The translations under genes and the position numbers were made by a program. Below, in pieces: positions 60,937-64,000 of a stretch of DNA of 64,000 bases. Below the pieces are notes generated by a model. That model was given only the letters and a program-made list of their open reading frames with translations. It was not told the DNA's origin and ran no database searches. How positions within the stretch are numbered: position 1 is the stretch's first letter; every line of letters starts with the position of its first letter. Source of the DNA: Dehalococcoidia bacterium (GTDB taxonomy: Bacteria; Chloroflexota; Dehalococcoidia; Lucifugimonadales; VXLM01); the NCBI GenBank assembly GCA_963662435.1, contig OY759598.1, positions 2,884,507-2,948,506 of the forward strand. The letters run 5' to 3'.

Positions 60937-61980
60937 ATGCCAACGGTACCGGAACGCGACCTTCACGACGTTGTCAGGCGAGTCCTCGATGCAGCGGGGG
61001 CAAGCGCCGGGAACGCCACCCGCATGGCCGACGCGCTGGTGTCTGCCAACATGCGCGGCGTGGACACGCACGGCGTGTTCCATCTCAATGGATACGTCCA
61101 AGCCATCCTCGACGGCAAGCTTGACGCTGCCGCCAGCCCATCCATCGTGCGCGAGACGGCCAACACGGCACTCGTGGACGGCAACCGTACGTTCGGCCAC
61201 GTCGCGGCGAAGTTCGCAACCGACATCGCCGTCCGGAAGGCCAAGGAGAACGATATTGCCGTCGTGGGACTGCTACGCTCTGAGCACATCGGGCGGCTCG
61301 GCGAGTACGCGGAGATGGCCGCCGCCGAGGGTGTGGTCGCCATCGTCAGCGGAGCGGGATATATGCTGGGGAACAAGGTGGCGGCTCCCTACGGCGGGAG
61401 CAAGGGCCTGCTCAGTTCCAACCCGATAGCGATCGGTTTTCCCGGTGGTGAAGAGCCGGGAATGGTCTTCGACTATGCAACGACGGCGATGGCAAACTCG
61501 AAGATGAACCTCTACAAGATGCGGAACGAGGAGCTTCCGGCGGGCACCGTCATCGACAAGGACGGCTACCCCACAACCAATCCCACTGCCGTGCAGGAGG
61601 GGGGCTACCTCCTTCCGTTCGGCGGACACAAGGGATACGCGCTCATGATGGCCGTGGAGTTCCTAGGGCAGGTCCTCGTCGGCTCCGACGCTGTGGAGGA
61701 CGACGGGATGGGCACCCCGTCGATGGTGAAGCAAGGTGTCTCGATCATCGCCATCCGTGCCGACGTCTTCCGTCAGGATGCCGATTTCAGGCGACGCGCC
61801 GACGAGCTGGTCCGTGAAGCCCGAAGCGTACCTCCCGCGCCGGGGTTCCAGGAGGTCATGGCGCCGGGCGACCCTGAGTCGCGAGCACAAGCGCAGCGCG
61901 CCGCCGAGGGTATACCCGTCCCCGATAAGGTGTGGCAGTTGATCGTCGAGGCGGGCAAGTCGGTGGGGGTCGTGGTGTAG
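60937..61980 (+). CDS. Ldh_2 (malate/L-lactate dehydrogenase-like) oxidoreductase
   Basis: RGVDTHG, HIGRLG, SNPIAIGFP, LPFGGHKGYAL. Confidence 0.9.
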   Translation: MPTVPERDLHDVVRRVLDAAGASAGNATRMADALVSANMRGVDTHGVFHLNGYVQAILDGKLDAAASPSIVRETANTALVDGNRTFGHVAAKFATDIAVRKAKENDIAVVGLLRSEHIGRLGEYAEMAAAEGVVAIVSGAGYMLGNKVAAPYGGSKGLLSSNPIAIGFPGGEEPGMVFDYATTAMANSKMNLYKMRNEELPAGTVIDKDGYPTTNPTAVQEGGYLLPFGGHKGYALMMAVEFLGQVLVGSDAVEDDGMGTPSMVKQGVSIIAIRADVFRQDADFRRRADELVREARSVPPAPGFQEVMAPGDPESRAQAQRAAEGIPVPDKVWQLIVEAGKSVGVVV

Positions 61981-61993
61981 CGGGAATGTAAGA

Positions 61994-62263
61994 ATGCCTG
62001 TCTCATTGACTGAACAATGCTCACAGATTCTGAGGCGTAAGCTCCATAACGCTGAGTCTACTGGAGCGCCCTACATTGATGTTCGGGCTGCCGACTTGCA
62101 CAAGGAAGTATGGGGGCCAGGCAGTTATCCTGGTACTTCACACAGAATGCCTACAGTCTGCAGTGCCATGGATAGGCTCAAGCAAGACGGAGACGAGTAC
62201 ATTTATCGACCTCCTAGCGGCAAGGGAGCGAAACTGCGTATACGATACCGGTTGCCCCGGTGA
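61994..62263 (+). CDS. small hypothetical protein
   Basis: 89 aa, lower GC; LHK...YPG..HRMPTVCSAM...PPSGKG. Confidence 0.6.
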   Translation: MPVSLTEQCSQILRRKLHNAESTGAPYIDVRAADLHKEVWGPGSYPGTSHRMPTVCSAMDRLKQDGDEYIYRPPSGKGAKLRIRYRLPR

Positions 62264-62306
62264 TTCAAGCTTCGTCTAGGCAACAAGTGAGAAGTTGCCG
62301 ACTCAG

Positions 62307-63488
62307 CTACGAGTCAGCAGTTTCGGTTTTCGCCGCCGTCACCTTCAGCGTCTTCAGGCGCCTTCCGACGGTTGAGACGACCTCGATGGTGAGGCTGTCG
62401 TAGGTCACCGTCTCGCCTATGGTGGGAATCTTGCCGAGGCGCTGGTACACCAGTCCCCCCAGCGTATCGAAGCCGTCTGCCTCCACGACCACGTCGAGGC
62501 GGTCGCGGAGATCGTCCAGGCTCGCGCGGGCGTCCATGATGTACTCGTTCTCAGCGACCTGCTCGATCTCCGGCTCGCCGGAGTCGAACTCGTCCTGGAT
62601 CTCACCGACGATCTCCTCCAGCAGGTCTTCGATGGTGACGATACCCTCTGCCCCGCCGTACTCATCGATGACGATCGCTATGTGGACGCGAGTCTCCTGG
62701 AACTCGGTGAGCAACTCTTCGAGGGTCTTGGTCTCCGGGATGAAGATTGGCTCCCTGAGCATCTCGTCCGTAAGCATGGTGGAATCATCCGACGGATCAT
62801 TGAGGATCTTCAGCAGGTCTCTCGCGTAGACCAGCCCCTCGATATGGTCGAGGGCCTCCCGGTAGACCGGCAGACGGCTGTGTCCCGACTCGATCATACG
62901 GTCGACGACGTCTGAGATCGGAGTGCCTATTTCGACCGCCTCAACATCGACACGCGGCACCATGATTTCGCGTGCAATGGTCGTGTCCAATTCCACGACG
63001 CCGCGGATCATCCGCATCTCAAACTCTTCGAGTGGCTCGCCATCATTGTCGACCGCCATGTTCAAGTCGGCTGCGAGAACGTCGCCGGGCGAGTTCGCTC
63101 CTGCTGCACCATTGCCGTTTGCATCGACGCTCGTGCGACTCAGGACAAATTGCAGGACGCCTACGAGCACGAGACCCAAGAGGGCCATTAACGTTACCGC
63201 AAACCAGTTACCGTTCCACAGGAGGATGGCGAACGACGCGCTCGATACGACGGCGGCCGCAACGGCGACGTACTTGATGATGGTCAGGCCAACTGCCGCG
63301 CCCATGGGAAGACGATCAAGCATTCGAAGAATCGGTGAGCGAGGCGAGCGGGGCGCAACAGCCTGTTGGACACGTTCGAGGCGTTCCACGGCGGCAAGGC
63401 CGACCTCGGCGCGAACCGCGAGCGCGTATACGGCCAGTGAGAGCGCCACGAAGGCGAGCGGTATTAAGCTGCTACTGTCAGGGTCCAC
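62307..63488 (-). CDS. hemolysin/CorC-family CBS-domain protein
   Basis: TM region, [34 protein letters not shown], CorC_HlyC C-terminus. Confidence 0.9.
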   Translation of the reverse strand: MDPDSSSLIPLAFVALSLAVYALAVRAEVGLAAVERLERVQQAVAPRSPRSPILRMLDRLPMGAAVGLTIIKYVAVAAAVVSSASFAILLWNGNWFAVTLMALLGLVLVGVLQFVLSRTSVDANGNGAAGANSPGDVLAADLNMAVDNDGEPLEEFEMRMIRGVVELDTTIAREIMVPRVDVEAVEIGTPISDVVDRMIESGHSRLPVYREALDHIEGLVYARDLLKILNDPSDDSTMLTDEMLREPIFIPETKTLEELLTEFQETRVHIAIVIDEYGGAEGIVTIEDLLEEIVGEIQDEFDSGEPEIEQVAENEYIMDARASLDDLRDRLDVVVEADGFDTLGGLVYQRLGKIPTIGETVTYDSLTIEVVSTVGRRLKTLKVTAAKTETADS

Positions 63489-63506
63489 TGTTCTCGACTC
63501 TTCGTC

Positions 63507-64000
63507 CTATGAAGAGTCTTCTCCTCCGTCGCTGCTGCGTTTCTTCTTCTTGTCCAAGATTCTCGCGGGCACGCCGACCGCCATGGCGTCCGGCGGTACG
63601 TCCTTCGTCACGACTGCTCCCGCCGCAGTCTGTGCGCCGTCCCCTATCTCAACGGGAGCTACCAACATGGTATCGCATCCGATGAATGCCCCGTCGCCGA
63701 TGCGGGTGGTCTGCTTGCTGTCGCCGTCGTAGTTCACCGTCACGGTACCCGCCCCGATGTTTACGTCATCGCCAACCTCGGCGTCGCCAAGGTAGCTGAA
63801 ATGGGCTGACTTCGAGTTCCTGCCCACTGTGCTCCGGTTCACCTCAGCGAAGTTGCCGAGAACGGCTCCCTCCGCGATGCGAGAGCCCGGCCTGATGTGC
63901 GTATAGGGCCCGACGCTCACGCGGGACTCCAGCTTCGAACCTTCGACGACCGACGACCACACTCGACACTCACTGCCAATCTGGGCGCCGTCTATGATCG
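63507..64000 (-). CDS. glmU: bifunctional GlmU, C-terminal acetyltransferase part (partial at window edge)
   Basis: VGPYTHIRP, GNFAEV, HFSYLGDA, NIGAGT.T.NYDG. Confidence 0.9.
   Translation of the reverse strand, partial: IIDGAQIGSECRVWSSVVEGSKLESRVSVGPYTHIRPGSRIAEGAVLGNFAEVNRSTVGRNSKSAHFSYLGDAEVGDDVNIGAGTVTVNYDGDSKQTTRIGDGAFIGCDTMLVAPVEIGDGAQTAAGAVVTKDVPPDAMAVGVPARILDKKKKRSSDGGEDSS

Overview
GC-rich bacterial chromosomal window. The gene content and the Gram-positive-type GAAC-N4-GTTC SOS boxes suggest Chloroflexota (Dehalococcoidia/SAR202-like); this is inference, not a database result. The backbone is housekeeping and catabolic: prfA-prmC, methylmalonyl-CoA mutase, tRNA-Pro(GGG), amtB-glnK, mfd, ECF sigma/anti-sigma, a heterodimeric ABC exporter, thiE, hppA, a CorC/HlyC-type protein and partial glmU. 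It is interspersed with several families of short palindromic REP-like repeats, about six toxin-antitoxin-type loci and one IS630. The standout feature is at ~26.4-38.1 kb: an intact, short-tailed-phage-like virion gene set (portal; scaffold + major capsid; adaptor + nozzle-like + small proteins). It has no recognisable terminase, integrase, repressor or replication genes. It is split into three transcription units, each with its own sigma70-like promoter (17-bp spacer) overlapped by a LexA-type box, and two of the units share a structured leader motif. This looks like a domesticated, host-SOS-controlled particle system (gene-transfer-agent-like or satellite-derived). All product calls are by-eye motif recognition; no searches were run.
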